A stretch of DNA of 64,000 nucleotides from a virus (Duplodnaviria; Caudoviricetes), in IMG/VR virus record IMGVR_UViG_3300021400_000049, positions 10,462 to 74,461 of that record. One strand, given 5' to 3'. Position numbers and translations under genes: made by a program. The notes beneath the pieces are model-generated. The model saw only the letters and a program-made list of their open reading frames with translations. It was not told the DNA's origin and searched no databases. Position 1 is the stretch's first letter. Every line of letters begins with the position of its first letter. Shown here in pieces: positions 9,146 through 17,956 of this stretch.

Positions 9146-9865
9146 ATGATTATATATAAAATAACAAACAAAATAAATGGAAAAGTTTATATAGGTGCAA
9201 CAAAGCAATCACTATCCGATAGATGGAAACAACATTTAAAGAAAATGTTATGCTATCCTGACAGAAAACTATATAAAGCTATGACGGAGTTTGGCATAGA
9301 TAATTTTAGTATTGAGGTTATACAAGAAGTGTTTAGTTATGATGAACTGTATAACCTCGAAACTATGTATATAGCAAAATATAATTCTGTTGATGATGGA
9401 TATAATACTCAATCGACTTCTCCTCAGAGAGAGGATTGGGAAGAATACTATGAGCATCTACACTTATCAATGACAGATGAGGTTAAGCAAAGAATTTCCA
9501 ATACTATGAAAAATAAGATTAAAAATGGAGAATTTTTCACACCTGAACATAGAAAGAAATTAAGTGAAGCACAAAGGGGTAGAAAATACTCTCCAGATAG
9601 AGCGGCAAAGTGCGCAACAAGGTGTATAGCTTGTTATTGTATAGTTGATGGTAAACGCTTTGATTTTAAAGATTATAAAGATGCAGGTGTATGGTGGTAT
9701 TATAATTACAAGCCTTTTGGTGAAAAATACTCAGTAAGTATATATCAAAAGAAAATAGTGCAGTCAATAGAATTAGGATATTGCACATATGGTAATAAAG
9801 GACATAAGAATTATAAGTATATAGATAATATTAAATGGTATAGAAAGGCAGGTGATGTCAAATGA
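9146..9865 (+). CDS. GIY-YIG homing endonuclease with NUMOD3-like repeat, between the polA fragments
   Basis: IIYKITNKINGKVYIGAT...R; HRKKLSEAQRGRK. Confidence 0.85.
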   Translation: MIIYKITNKINGKVYIGATKQSLSDRWKQHLKKMLCYPDRKLYKAMTEFGIDNFSIEVIQEVFSYDELYNLETMYIAKYNSVDDGYNTQSTSPQREDWEEYYEHLHLSMTDEVKQRISNTMKNKIKNGEFFTPEHRKKLSEAQRGRKYSPDRAAKCATRCIACYCIVDGKRFDFKDYKDAGVWWYYNYKPFGEKYSVSIYQKKIVQSIELGYCTYGNKGHKNYKYIDNIKWYRKAGDVK

Positions 9866-9921
9866 AAAAGTCGATAAGAGTTAGAAAACAATATGTTCTA
9901 ATGTCTGCCGACTATTCTTAG
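9862..9921 (+). CDS. polA: 19-codon polA fragment MKKSIRVRKQYVLMSADYS carrying the motif A catalytic Asp
   Basis: AGGTGA RBS and ATGA overlap with the upstream stop; YVLMSADYS matches polA motif A; ends at TAG 9919-9921. Confidence 0.75.
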   Translation: MKKSIRVRKQYVLMSADYS

Positions 9922-9922
9922 G

Positions 9923-10822
9923 TCACAACAAGAACCGAAAGTTATGACGATGATGTGTAATGACCCATCAATGATTAAAGCGTACAAAGAAGGAAAGGAT
10001 TTATATGCAGAAATTGCGGCGTTATCTTTCAATACAACTTATGAGAATTGCCTCGAGTTTAGACCCGACGGTACTACTAATCCCGAGGGTAAAGAGAGGA
10101 GAAGTCAGGCGAAGTCAATACTTCTTGGTGTTCTGTACGGCAGGGGAGTACCAAGTATTGCTGAACAACTTGGAACAACAACGGCAAAAGCTCAACAAAT
10201 AAAAGATGCAGTAATGAAAGGATTTCCAGCTATTGAAAAGTTTGAGCAAGATTCTATAGCTATGTCAGAGGATGTAGGATATGTAACAACTCTTTGGGGT
10301 AGAAAGAGAAGATTACCTTCAATGATGTTGCCTGACTTTGAATTTGAATATTTAGAGAGTGCTGATAATGCTGACCCATTAGATTTTGGTGATGATATTG
10401 ATAATGAAGTTCCTGATAGTGTTATCAATAAATATATGCACAGACTTACAAAAGCATGGGGCAGAGAAAGGATAAAGATAATATCTCAGGCTAAAGAAGA
10501 AGGAATAAAGATTATAGACCACACAAAAGATAAAGATACAACTAAGGTAGTAAATGCTAGAATACAAGGTAGTGCCGCAGACCAGTCAAAATTAGCCATG
10601 ATAGCTCTTAATAAGGATGCAAGATTAAAAGAGCTAGGATTTAGAATACTTATTCCTGTGCATGATGAGATAATAGCAGAATGTCCTATTAAAAATGCAA
10701 AAGAAGCAGTAGAGCGTTTCAAATATATAATGGAACACGCTAGTGGAGACAAATTCACAATACCTATAAAATGTGATGTAGAGTGCAGTGAAAGATGGTA
10801 TGGGGATACAATTGAAATTTAG
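9923..10822 (+). CDS. polA: DNA polymerase family A, C-terminal part (rest of motif A, motifs B and C), in the +1 frame relative to the 19-codon fragment
   Basis: SQQEPKV upstream of ATG 9944; RSQAKSILLGVLYG; NARIQGSAAD; PVHDEII. Confidence 0.9.
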   Translation, partial: SQQEPKVMTMMCNDPSMIKAYKEGKDLYAEIAALSFNTTYENCLEFRPDGTTNPEGKERRSQAKSILLGVLYGRGVPSIAEQLGTTTAKAQQIKDAVMKGFPAIEKFEQDSIAMSEDVGYVTTLWGRKRRLPSMMLPDFEFEYLESADNADPLDFGDDIDNEVPDSVINKYMHRLTKAWGRERIKIISQAKEEGIKIIDHTKDKDTTKVVNARIQGSAADQSKLAMIALNKDARLKELGFRILIPVHDEIIAECPIKNAKEAVERFKYIMEHASGDKFTIPIKCDVECSERWYGDTIEI

Positions 10823-10859
10823 TCATATCTGTAGTAGTGTAAAATAAAAAGGATGCGAT

Positions 10860-11522
10860 ATGACTAAAATATATTTGGTGACAAATCTAATAAATGGCAA
10901 GCAATATGTTGGTAAAACGAAATATTCATTAGCTCATAGATGGGCACAACATTGTACTAGACCGTACAATACATATTTACATAATGCTATTGTAAAATAT
11001 GGCAAAGAAAATTTTAAGATAGAGGAGTTATGTAGATGCTCAGATGACAAGTGGGAAGATTTGGAGAAATATTATATTCAAAAATATCATACACATTATA
11101 CTTGTGGAGGGTATAACATTTCTTTAGGTGGAGATTCTAATCCTATGGACGACCCTGTAGCTAGAGAACGACATAAGGCAAAAATGTCATCAGTAGAGCA
11201 AAAACTAAAGGATAGTGCGACTATAAGAAAATATAATTCGTCAGAGTTACGCAAACAACATGATAAGAAGACCTCTGAGAGACAGAAAGGCATATATAAT
11301 ACTCAATTTAGAAAATATAATGATTCTAAGAAAGTACGAATAGGTATGATTGAAGAAGGAAAAATTATTAAAGAGTTCGATTGCGCATCTGATGCCTGTA
11401 GATTTTTAGGTAAGCCATCAAAAGAAGCAGGTCATATTTTGAAAGTTTGTGATTGTATAAATAAATTTGGAAGACCAGCAAAGCATTTTGGATATAGCTG
11501 GACAAGATTGGAGAAAGAATGA
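10860..11522 (+). CDS. Free-standing GIY-YIG homing endonuclease (NUMOD1-like C-terminus)
   Basis: KIYLVTNLINGKQYVGKT...HRW; LEKYYIQKY; FDCASDACRFLG. Confidence 0.85.
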   Translation: MTKIYLVTNLINGKQYVGKTKYSLAHRWAQHCTRPYNTYLHNAIVKYGKENFKIEELCRCSDDKWEDLEKYYIQKYHTHYTCGGYNISLGGDSNPMDDPVARERHKAKMSSVEQKLKDSATIRKYNSSELRKQHDKKTSERQKGIYNTQFRKYNDSKKVRIGMIEEGKIIKEFDCASDACRFLGKPSKEAGHILKVCDCINKFGRPAKHFGYSWTRLEKE

Positions 11523-12379
11523 GATTTGCGGTATTCATATTATCTCATGCTAGAGCTAATAGGGTTGAGACCTATAATACATTAAGAGATGCAGGATATA
11601 CAGGTAAAATATATATTACTGTAGATGATGAAGATTCACAATTATCTACATACAAAGATAGATTTGAAAATTCGGATGATGATACTGAGCTTTTAGTGTT
11701 TGGTAAACAACCTATGATTGATATTGCTGATACTGTATATCCTGAAAAGAAAAGAAGTTCAGCATTATACGCTCGTAATTTTATAGAGAATATGGCAGAA
11801 ATATTTAGATTAGATACTTTTGCCATGATGGACGATGATATTACATCATTAAGATTTAGATGGATAGAAGATGGTTCAGTAAAGTCACATATTGTAAATT
11901 CAACTATGGATAAAGTATTTGAATACTACAGTCAGTATATAATTGACGCTGAGATTGCCACAGCTTCATTTCCATACAGTATGTTCTATGTATCAGGAAC
12001 AAGCGGGTTAGATAAGAAAATTACAGAGAGTAGGCATACTTATCAGATACATATAAGGAATACAAATTTTCCTGTTGATTGGGTATCTGTAATAAATCAA
12101 GATACAATCACACAGTTACAGACAATGCAAGTAGGTTATATATGGTGGTCAATACCTTATCTAGTATTTGATGCAGAACCTATGAACAGTAAATCAGGTG
12201 GATTAAAGTCTGTATACGATAGTATAAAAGATTTTGATATGGCATTTCTCGCAGTAATTTCTAATCCTAGTTGTTGTAAAGTAGCTTATTCTAGTGGACC
12301 TAGAAGTACAATGCAGATAAAAGAAGATAAGCACACAAGTTATCCTATGATTGTTAGTGAAAGGTATATGAAACTATGA
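11519..12379 (+). CDS. GREB1/TAGT-like GT-A glycosyltransferase
   Basis: FILSHARA...TL...GY; MMDDDI; EPMNSKSGG. Confidence 0.65.
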   Translation: MRFAVFILSHARANRVETYNTLRDAGYTGKIYITVDDEDSQLSTYKDRFENSDDDTELLVFGKQPMIDIADTVYPEKKRSSALYARNFIENMAEIFRLDTFAMMDDDITSLRFRWIEDGSVKSHIVNSTMDKVFEYYSQYIIDAEIATASFPYSMFYVSGTSGLDKKITESRHTYQIHIRNTNFPVDWVSVINQDTITQLQTMQVGYIWWSIPYLVFDAEPMNSKSGGLKSVYDSIKDFDMAFLAVISNPSCCKVAYSSGPRSTMQIKEDKHTSYPMIVSERYMKL

Positions 12380-13215
12380 TTGTGTATATAAAAACACATG
12401 GCAGACCAGGTAAGCAGTTGACTTACAATACTCTACGAGAAGCTGGCTACACAGGAGATATAGTCTTAGTCATAGATAATGAAGATGAATGTGGTGTAGG
12501 ATATTTAGAGTTCGTGAAACATGATGACAGACTATGGTTGCACATCTTTGATAAACAAAAATTGGTAGATGAGATAGATAGTGGCACAAATATTCCTAAA
12601 AGAGATGTAAATTTATATGCTTGGGTTGCTTGTGAGAGATTTGCAGAACAAGATGGTAATGATTTCTTCATAATGGCAGATGATGATATAACAAGATTTA
12701 GGTATAGGTATCTTGAAGATGGACATTTAAAGTCAATACCTATAACACAGAATCTTGATAGAGTATTTGAACATATTCAGAATTATATGGAATGCTCCAA
12801 TATAGCCGCTGCCAGCACAGGAATACCTCAAATGTACTTCTCTAAAGAGTTAGACGAAAATCTGTGGAAATACAGAGTGGCGTATCAATTCGTATTCAGA
12901 AATCCTAAATTTGATATGAATTGGGTGTCTGAATATGAAGAGGATATAATAACATCCATCAATATGTCAAAAGAAGGAAAGTATGTCACTTGTTTACCTA
13001 TGATTCAGCATGACGCAGTAGCTTTAGGTAAATCAGATGGCGGTATGAAAAGTATGTATGATGAGAATAATAGTCGATTTAGTCTCGCTGAGTATGGCCA
13101 TATATTTAATCCTTCTTGTGAGATTATGAATTTTTATAAAGGTAAGTGGATAACTAATATAAAAAGAGATAACGCATTTCAGAAATTAGTGAGTTCCAGT
13201 CGCAAGAAGATATAA
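12376..13215 (+). CDS. GREB1/TAGT-like GT-A glycosyltransferase (paralog)
   Basis: IKTHGRP...TL...GY; MADDDI; EEDI; KSDGGM. Confidence 0.65.
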   Translation: MIVYIKTHGRPGKQLTYNTLREAGYTGDIVLVIDNEDECGVGYLEFVKHDDRLWLHIFDKQKLVDEIDSGTNIPKRDVNLYAWVACERFAEQDGNDFFIMADDDITRFRYRYLEDGHLKSIPITQNLDRVFEHIQNYMECSNIAAASTGIPQMYFSKELDENLWKYRVAYQFVFRNPKFDMNWVSEYEEDIITSINMSKEGKYVTCLPMIQHDAVALGKSDGGMKSMYDENNSRFSLAEYGHIFNPSCEIMNFYKGKWITNIKRDNAFQKLVSSSRKKI

Positions 13216-13264
13216 AGTGTTATATAATGTTTAAGTAGTTCACACTAAGTTGAAAGGAGATAGT

Positions 13265-13759
13265 ATGAAGCAGTTATTTGAGGATGATAGTGCAAAGAAA
13301 AATCCTATGGGGGATGATACAAAGTATTCAAGAGCAATAAGAGTACCACAGTATGAACCTAAGAATGAGAAGCCTGAGTTGGAGTCAGTTTATGACCTCA
13401 CTAAGTATAGCAAGTTGATTGCTAAAATCAATAAGTCGGGTGTTACGGAAGAAGAAAAGAAGTTTCTCAAATTTGCCGCAACAAGACATATTGTATTTAC
13501 TTATAGTAAGATAGCTGATTATTATGCCAATGCTAGTGCTGAGATGCAGGCACTAATGGAAGAATCAGCACTTGTTATACTTGACATTGACGATGCTATA
13601 GCAAATGGATATGTGGCTCTATCAGAGAAGATGAAACAACTTATTGATGAAGAAAAGGCTAGAGATGCAAAAGCTAGAGAGGCTAGTAATATATTGAAGG
13701 CTCAAAGAGAATTAGCAGAGAAGAAAGCTAAGGAGAAAAAGGATGAGCAGAAGTCTTGA
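13265..13759 (+). CDS. Conserved alpha-helical phage protein accompanying GREB1-like glycosyltransferases
   Basis: IRVPQYEP, AATRHIVFTYSKIADYYA, EESALVILDIDDAIANGY; own promoter and RBS at 13200-13260. Confidence 0.5.
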   Translation: MKQLFEDDSAKKNPMGDDTKYSRAIRVPQYEPKNEKPELESVYDLTKYSKLIAKINKSGVTEEEKKFLKFAATRHIVFTYSKIADYYANASAEMQALMEESALVILDIDDAIANGYVALSEKMKQLIDEEKARDAKAREASNILKAQRELAEKKAKEKKDEQKS

Positions 13760-14609
13760 TGATTTTGCAGTATTAGTCTTAACTCATGGTAGAGCAGAGA
13801 ATGTTCCTACATACGGTACATTAAGAAAGTACGGTTATACAGGCAGAATAATAATGGTAGTTGATGATGAAGATCCTGATTTAGAGAATTACATTTCAGT
13901 GTATGGTAAAGAAAATGTGGAAGTATTCTCTAAAGATGAGGTTGTGCATAAGTTCGACACAATGGATATTCCTAAGCATAGAAAGTGTATAGTGTACGCT
14001 AGAAATGCCAGCTATGATATTGCAGAGAGACTTGGCTTAAAGTATTTTGCTCAGTACGATGATGATTATGTAACAAACCCTTATAGATGGCAAGAAGGAG
14101 ATACATTATATCGAAGTACATTAGCTAATCTTGATGAGGTATTTAAGGCACATATAGATTTTCTTGAAACTAATCCTAATATCTATACTGTAGCGTTTGG
14201 TCAAGCAGGAGATTATATAGGTGGTGTAGGCAGTAATCTTGTTAAGAGAAAGTGGCTAAGAAAAGCCATGAATAGCTTCATTTGTAAGACTGATAGACGA
14301 ATACAGTTTAACGGAACAATAAATGAGGATGTAAATGCCTATGTGCTGAATGGTTCAAGAGGTCAGATATATCTCACATTTGATTTTATGATGATAGACC
14401 AAGCAGAGACACAGACACAAGCAGGTGGTATGGCAGATTTATACTTAGGTGTAGGTACATATCAAAAGTCATTCTATACTGTAATGTGTAGTCCATCATG
14501 TGTGAAAGTAGGTATGATGGGAGATAGACATTATCGTATGCACCATAATATAGAATGGGATAATGCAGTTCCAAAAATAATATCAGATAGATATAAGAAA
14601 ACAAAATAG
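13743..14609 (+). CDS. GREB1/TAGT-like GT-A glycosyltransferase (third paralog)
   Basis: VLTHGRA...TL...GY; QYDDDY; INEDVN; QTQAGGM. Confidence 0.7.
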   Translation: MSRSLDDFAVLVLTHGRAENVPTYGTLRKYGYTGRIIMVVDDEDPDLENYISVYGKENVEVFSKDEVVHKFDTMDIPKHRKCIVYARNASYDIAERLGLKYFAQYDDDYVTNPYRWQEGDTLYRSTLANLDEVFKAHIDFLETNPNIYTVAFGQAGDYIGGVGSNLVKRKWLRKAMNSFICKTDRRIQFNGTINEDVNAYVLNGSRGQIYLTFDFMMIDQAETQTQAGGMADLYLGVGTYQKSFYTVMCSPSCVKVGMMGDRHYRMHHNIEWDNAVPKIISDRYKKTK

Positions 14610-14621
14610 GAGGAAAAGAGA

Positions 14622-14846
14622 TTGAAACTAGAAACAAAGTCAGTGGAGATTGAGAAAGAGAAGGTGCTCACAATATCTGAGTCAGAATTTGTGGATGTTG
14701 TGAAAGAAGTTATTGGTGAGATAGCAGAACATGATATAACTACACTCAATGAACCTATGCTCCTTTTAGCTTTAGGAGTTAGTCGTGCTGAACTAGGCGC
14801 AAAGTTGACAAATAGATTATTTAATCAGGAGGAAGAAAAGAAATGA
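14622..14846 (+). CDS. Hypothetical protein
   Basis: ORF with GGAGG RBS, coupled to dnaN. Confidence 0.5.
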   Translation: MKLETKSVEIEKEKVLTISESEFVDVVKEVIGEIAEHDITTLNEPMLLLALGVSRAELGAKLTNRLFNQEEEKK

Positions 14847-15958
14847 AATTAACAATCAACACCGCTACTTTTCAGAATATGGTAGCTAAGGCAGTAAAGG
14901 GAGCAGGTATGAATAATGACCTGCTAATCACACAGTTAATGTCAATCTCATTAAATAACAACAGGCTCACATTAACAACTACAGATAACAATAACTATCT
15001 GTATGTGAAGCAGGAGAAAGTAGCTGGAGATAATTTCAGTGTAGTAGTAATGGCTGATAAGTTTGCAAAGCTCATTTCAAAGCTCACTTGTCAGGAAGTA
15101 ACTCTTGAAATTCCTACTGCAAAAGAAGGCGAGTTGGATAAGCTCGTAGTAAAGGGAAATGGTAAGTATGTACTTGAATTACCTTACGATGAGAATGGAG
15201 AACTAATCGAGTTTCCTGATCCACTTGCTGAAACAACAAATGATTTTTATAGCTCAGGAGAAATTCAGCTTTCTACAGTAAGACATATTCTTAATACCGC
15301 AAAGGCAGCACTTCTTGTAGGTAAAGAAGATATGTGCTATTCAGATTATTATTGCGGAGATAGAGTTGTTTCAACAGATACTTACAAGATATGTGGTATT
15401 GATGTGAAGATTTTTGATGAGCCTAAGTTAATCTCACCAGAGCTTATGGATTTACTGGATGTTATGTCTACAGAGCATATTGATGTCAGATATAAAGATG
15501 ATGTGGTTATCTTTGAGACACCAGAAGTAGATATATATGGTTTAGTTGATGATGGCATAGAACAGTATCAGATTGATGCGATTTCAGGACTTCTTGATGA
15601 GCAGTTTCCTAGCTCATGTAAGATAGAGAAAGCTCCATTGTTGCAGATGTTAGACCGTCTATCACTCTTTGTAGATGTATTTGATAAGAATAGTGTCTAT
15701 CTCACATTCACAAAAGATGGCTTGATGGTATCATCAAAGCAGGATAGTGGATCAGAGATTATTCCTTACAAAGCTAGTGAGGAGTTCAGAGATTATACTT
15801 GTTGTCTTGATATTGATTTGTTTAAGACTCAGGTTAAAGCATATCAGGATGATGTTATCGAGTTGCTATATGGTAAAGAAAACAGTATTAAGTTCACTTG
15901 TGGTAATACAAAGCAGATAATTGCCCTTGCCGATGATGATAGGACAAGTGCTGAGTAA
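14843..15958 (+). CDS. dnaN: DNA polymerase III beta subunit-like sliding clamp
   Basis: 371 aa three-domain size; N-terminal MKLTI...VAKAV, LTLTTTD, STDTYKI patterns typical of beta clamps. Confidence 0.75.
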   Translation: MKLTINTATFQNMVAKAVKGAGMNNDLLITQLMSISLNNNRLTLTTTDNNNYLYVKQEKVAGDNFSVVVMADKFAKLISKLTCQEVTLEIPTAKEGELDKLVVKGNGKYVLELPYDENGELIEFPDPLAETTNDFYSSGEIQLSTVRHILNTAKAALLVGKEDMCYSDYYCGDRVVSTDTYKICGIDVKIFDEPKLISPELMDLLDVMSTEHIDVRYKDDVVIFETPEVDIYGLVDDGIEQYQIDAISGLLDEQFPSSCKIEKAPLLQMLDRLSLFVDVFDKNSVYLTFTKDGLMVSSKQDSGSEIIPYKASEEFRDYTCCLDIDLFKTQVKAYQDDVIELLYGKENSIKFTCGNTKQIIALADDDRTSAE

Positions 15959-15982
15959 CTTGCAGTAACTAGCAGTAATTTC

Positions 15983-16011
15983 AAGGGTGAGCATATAGCT
16001 CACCCTTATTT
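15983..16011 (+). terminator. Intrinsic terminator
   Basis: AAGGGTGAGC-ATATA-GCTCACCCTT followed by ATTT. Confidence 0.6.
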
Positions 16012-16027
16012 AAACGGAGAACATAGT

Positions 16028-16822
16028 ATGGGAAGAGAGTCATTAAAGAATGTTAGTAGGCTAATAGCATTAGCAAATAAGCCTACTTCTGTGAGCGAAT
16101 CATTTTTAGAGGATTTCAAGAGAAGTATATTGCTGACAGAGGAAAAGAATAGTGGATTACCTTCACAGACATTTAAGCCTTCATCATTAAATTGTGCTAG
16201 AGGTTGTTACTATCAGATAATGGGGTCTAAGCCTGATAGTGGCAGTTCATCATTTAATATGATAGGCATATGTAATAGTGGAAGTGACATTCATGTAAGA
16301 GTGCAGACTGCGGTAATGCAGATGATAGACAATGGCATAGATTGTGAGTGGGTAGATGTAGGACAGTATATTGAAGATAATGGCCTCGATTATCTTATAG
16401 TGAGGGAGAAAAAAGGTACAGAGACAAAACTTTATGATACAAGATATGGAACATATATCAGTTTTATGTGCGACGGTATTATAAAGTACAAAGGTAAATA
16501 CTATATCTTAGAGATAAAAACAGAGAGTAGCAATAAATGGTATAGTAGAGATGGTGTAGATCCTAAGCACCATAAACAAGCTATATCATATTCTAATAGT
16601 TTAAAGATTGATACTGTGTTATTCATGTATGTGGAAAGAGATTTGCTTAACATTAAAGCGTTTGAGTTTAATGTCACAAACGAGATGAGACATAACCTTA
16701 TAGCATTTTTTAATTTAGTGCAGGGATATGTTGAGCGAAAGATTGCACCACCAAAGGGAGATATTAAGCCCAATCAATGTCGTTATTGTAGTTATCAAAC
16801 ACAATGTAAGAAGGATGGTTGA
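16028..16822 (+). CDS. Cas4-like PD-(D/E)XK exonuclease with split Fe-S cysteines
   Basis: PSSLNC; CDGII...ILEIKT; QAISY; C-terminal CRYCSYQTQC. Confidence 0.75.
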   Translation: MGRESLKNVSRLIALANKPTSVSESFLEDFKRSILLTEEKNSGLPSQTFKPSSLNCARGCYYQIMGSKPDSGSSSFNMIGICNSGSDIHVRVQTAVMQMIDNGIDCEWVDVGQYIEDNGLDYLIVREKKGTETKLYDTRYGTYISFMCDGIIKYKGKYYILEIKTESSNKWYSRDGVDPKHHKQAISYSNSLKIDTVLFMYVERDLLNIKAFEFNVTNEMRHNLIAFFNLVQGYVERKIAPPKGDIKPNQCRYCSYQTQCKKDG

Positions 16823-16824
16823 GT

Positions 16825-17295
16825 ATGGAAAGAAAGAGTAGGGGTAAAGATTTTGAGTCAATAATACAAGAATCATTTGAAAGAGTTCCTGATACTTTGG
16901 TGTATAGAGTGCCTGACCAAATGACATATCGTTATGGCAGTAAAAATCCATGTGACTTCTTTATATATCATAAGCCAGTTTTGTATTGCTTTGAATGTAA
17001 AGCAACTAATAAACAGTCATTACCTTTTGCAAATATATCTGAAAATCAGTGGACAGAACTTTTGAAAATGTCAGCAATATCAGGAGTTATAGCAGGCATA
17101 CTATGTTGGTATGTAAACGCAGATTCAACTTTGTTTATACCAATTACAATTTTAGAAACATTAAAACAGAATGGTGCAAAGAGTATACGTTATGATGCAG
17201 ATTTTATGGGAATAGTGCATATAAAAGGAGAAAAGAAACGGGTTTTCTGGAATTATGATATGTCGGACTTCTTTAATTCTATTTACATTGCATAG
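16825..17295 (+). CDS. recU: Holliday junction resolvase, RecU-like
   Basis: RGKDFE; PCDFF; FECKAT; ENQW. Confidence 0.75.
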   Translation: MERKSRGKDFESIIQESFERVPDTLVYRVPDQMTYRYGSKNPCDFFIYHKPVLYCFECKATNKQSLPFANISENQWTELLKMSAISGVIAGILCWYVNADSTLFIPITILETLKQNGAKSIRYDADFMGIVHIKGEKKRVFWNYDMSDFFNSIYIA

Positions 17296-17431
17296 TTAAT
17301 GTTATACAATATTTATCTGTAAGAGGTCGAGACTTACATAATCCTATAACTTGTTAAATTCGCTTACGGACAAATGTAGATGCTCGACCCATCTACACCG
17401 TAAGCGTTTTTATATTTTAGGAGTAAATAAT
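17282..17431 (+). promoter_or_regulatory. Promoter plus structured leader/attenuator of the HNH gene
   Basis: TTTACA-17-TACAAT; two hairpins with complementary loops; U-tract before the AGGAG RBS. Confidence 0.6.
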
Positions 17432-17878
17432 ATGATAGAGGAATGGAGAGATATTAAGGGATATGAGGGAATCTATCAAGTCAGTAACTTAGGTAGAGTA
17501 AAGAGCTTAGCTCATACTTATAGTAGAAGAAATGGCATAACTAAGGCTGAGCATATTATTACTACATCAGAAAGAGTTCTATCACCTTTAAATGTTGGTA
17601 GATATTTAAGGATAGGGCTTACTGATGTGAAACATAGAACTGTACAACATTCAATACATAGACTTGTTGCGGAAGCCTTTATACCGAATCCTGACAATCT
17701 TCCTGAAGTTAATCATTTGGATTGTGATGGTCACAATAATATCGTAAGTAACTTGGAGTGGTGTTCACATTATGATAATATTCACTATGCTCCAAGCTCA
17801 ATGCGTCGTGTAATTGGTGTGAAGAAGAATTGGATATATAGAAAAGAAAAGTATGGTAGTACAGGAAAAAGCTATTGA
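17432..17878 (+). CDS. NUMOD4-HNH homing endonuclease
   Basis: EEWRDIKGYEGIYQVSNLGRVKS; HRLVAEAFIPNP...VNHLD...N...NLEW. Confidence 0.9.
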   Translation: MIEEWRDIKGYEGIYQVSNLGRVKSLAHTYSRRNGITKAEHIITTSERVLSPLNVGRYLRIGLTDVKHRTVQHSIHRLVAEAFIPNPDNLPEVNHLDCDGHNNIVSNLEWCSHYDNIHYAPSSMRRVIGVKKNWIYRKEKYGSTGKSY

Positions 17879-17956
17879 TTCATACTTTCCAGTCGATACC
17901 GCTTTGATTGTGTCTTACAATATAAAGTGAGAAGTGAGAAATTTTGACAGTAGAAA

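Noticed and set aside
8880-9900. Functional split intein
   Set aside because: No N-terminal Cys/Ser nucleophile at block A and no His-Asn plus Cys/Ser/Thr at the C-junction.
9919-9921. TAG reassigned to Gln (genetic code 15) to explain the polA stop
   Set aside because: Read-through would not fix the frame, and TAG ends several genes normally (10822, 14609, 17295, 46056, 61043).
9116-9925. Cis group I intron containing the GIY-YIG gene
   Set aside because: No room or recognisable P3-P7 core on either side of the ORF, and both flanks carry extra coding sequence with their own stop, RBS and start.
16028-16822. CRISPR-Cas locus
   Set aside because: Only a solo Cas4-like nuclease in a recombination context; no cas1/cas2, effector or array.
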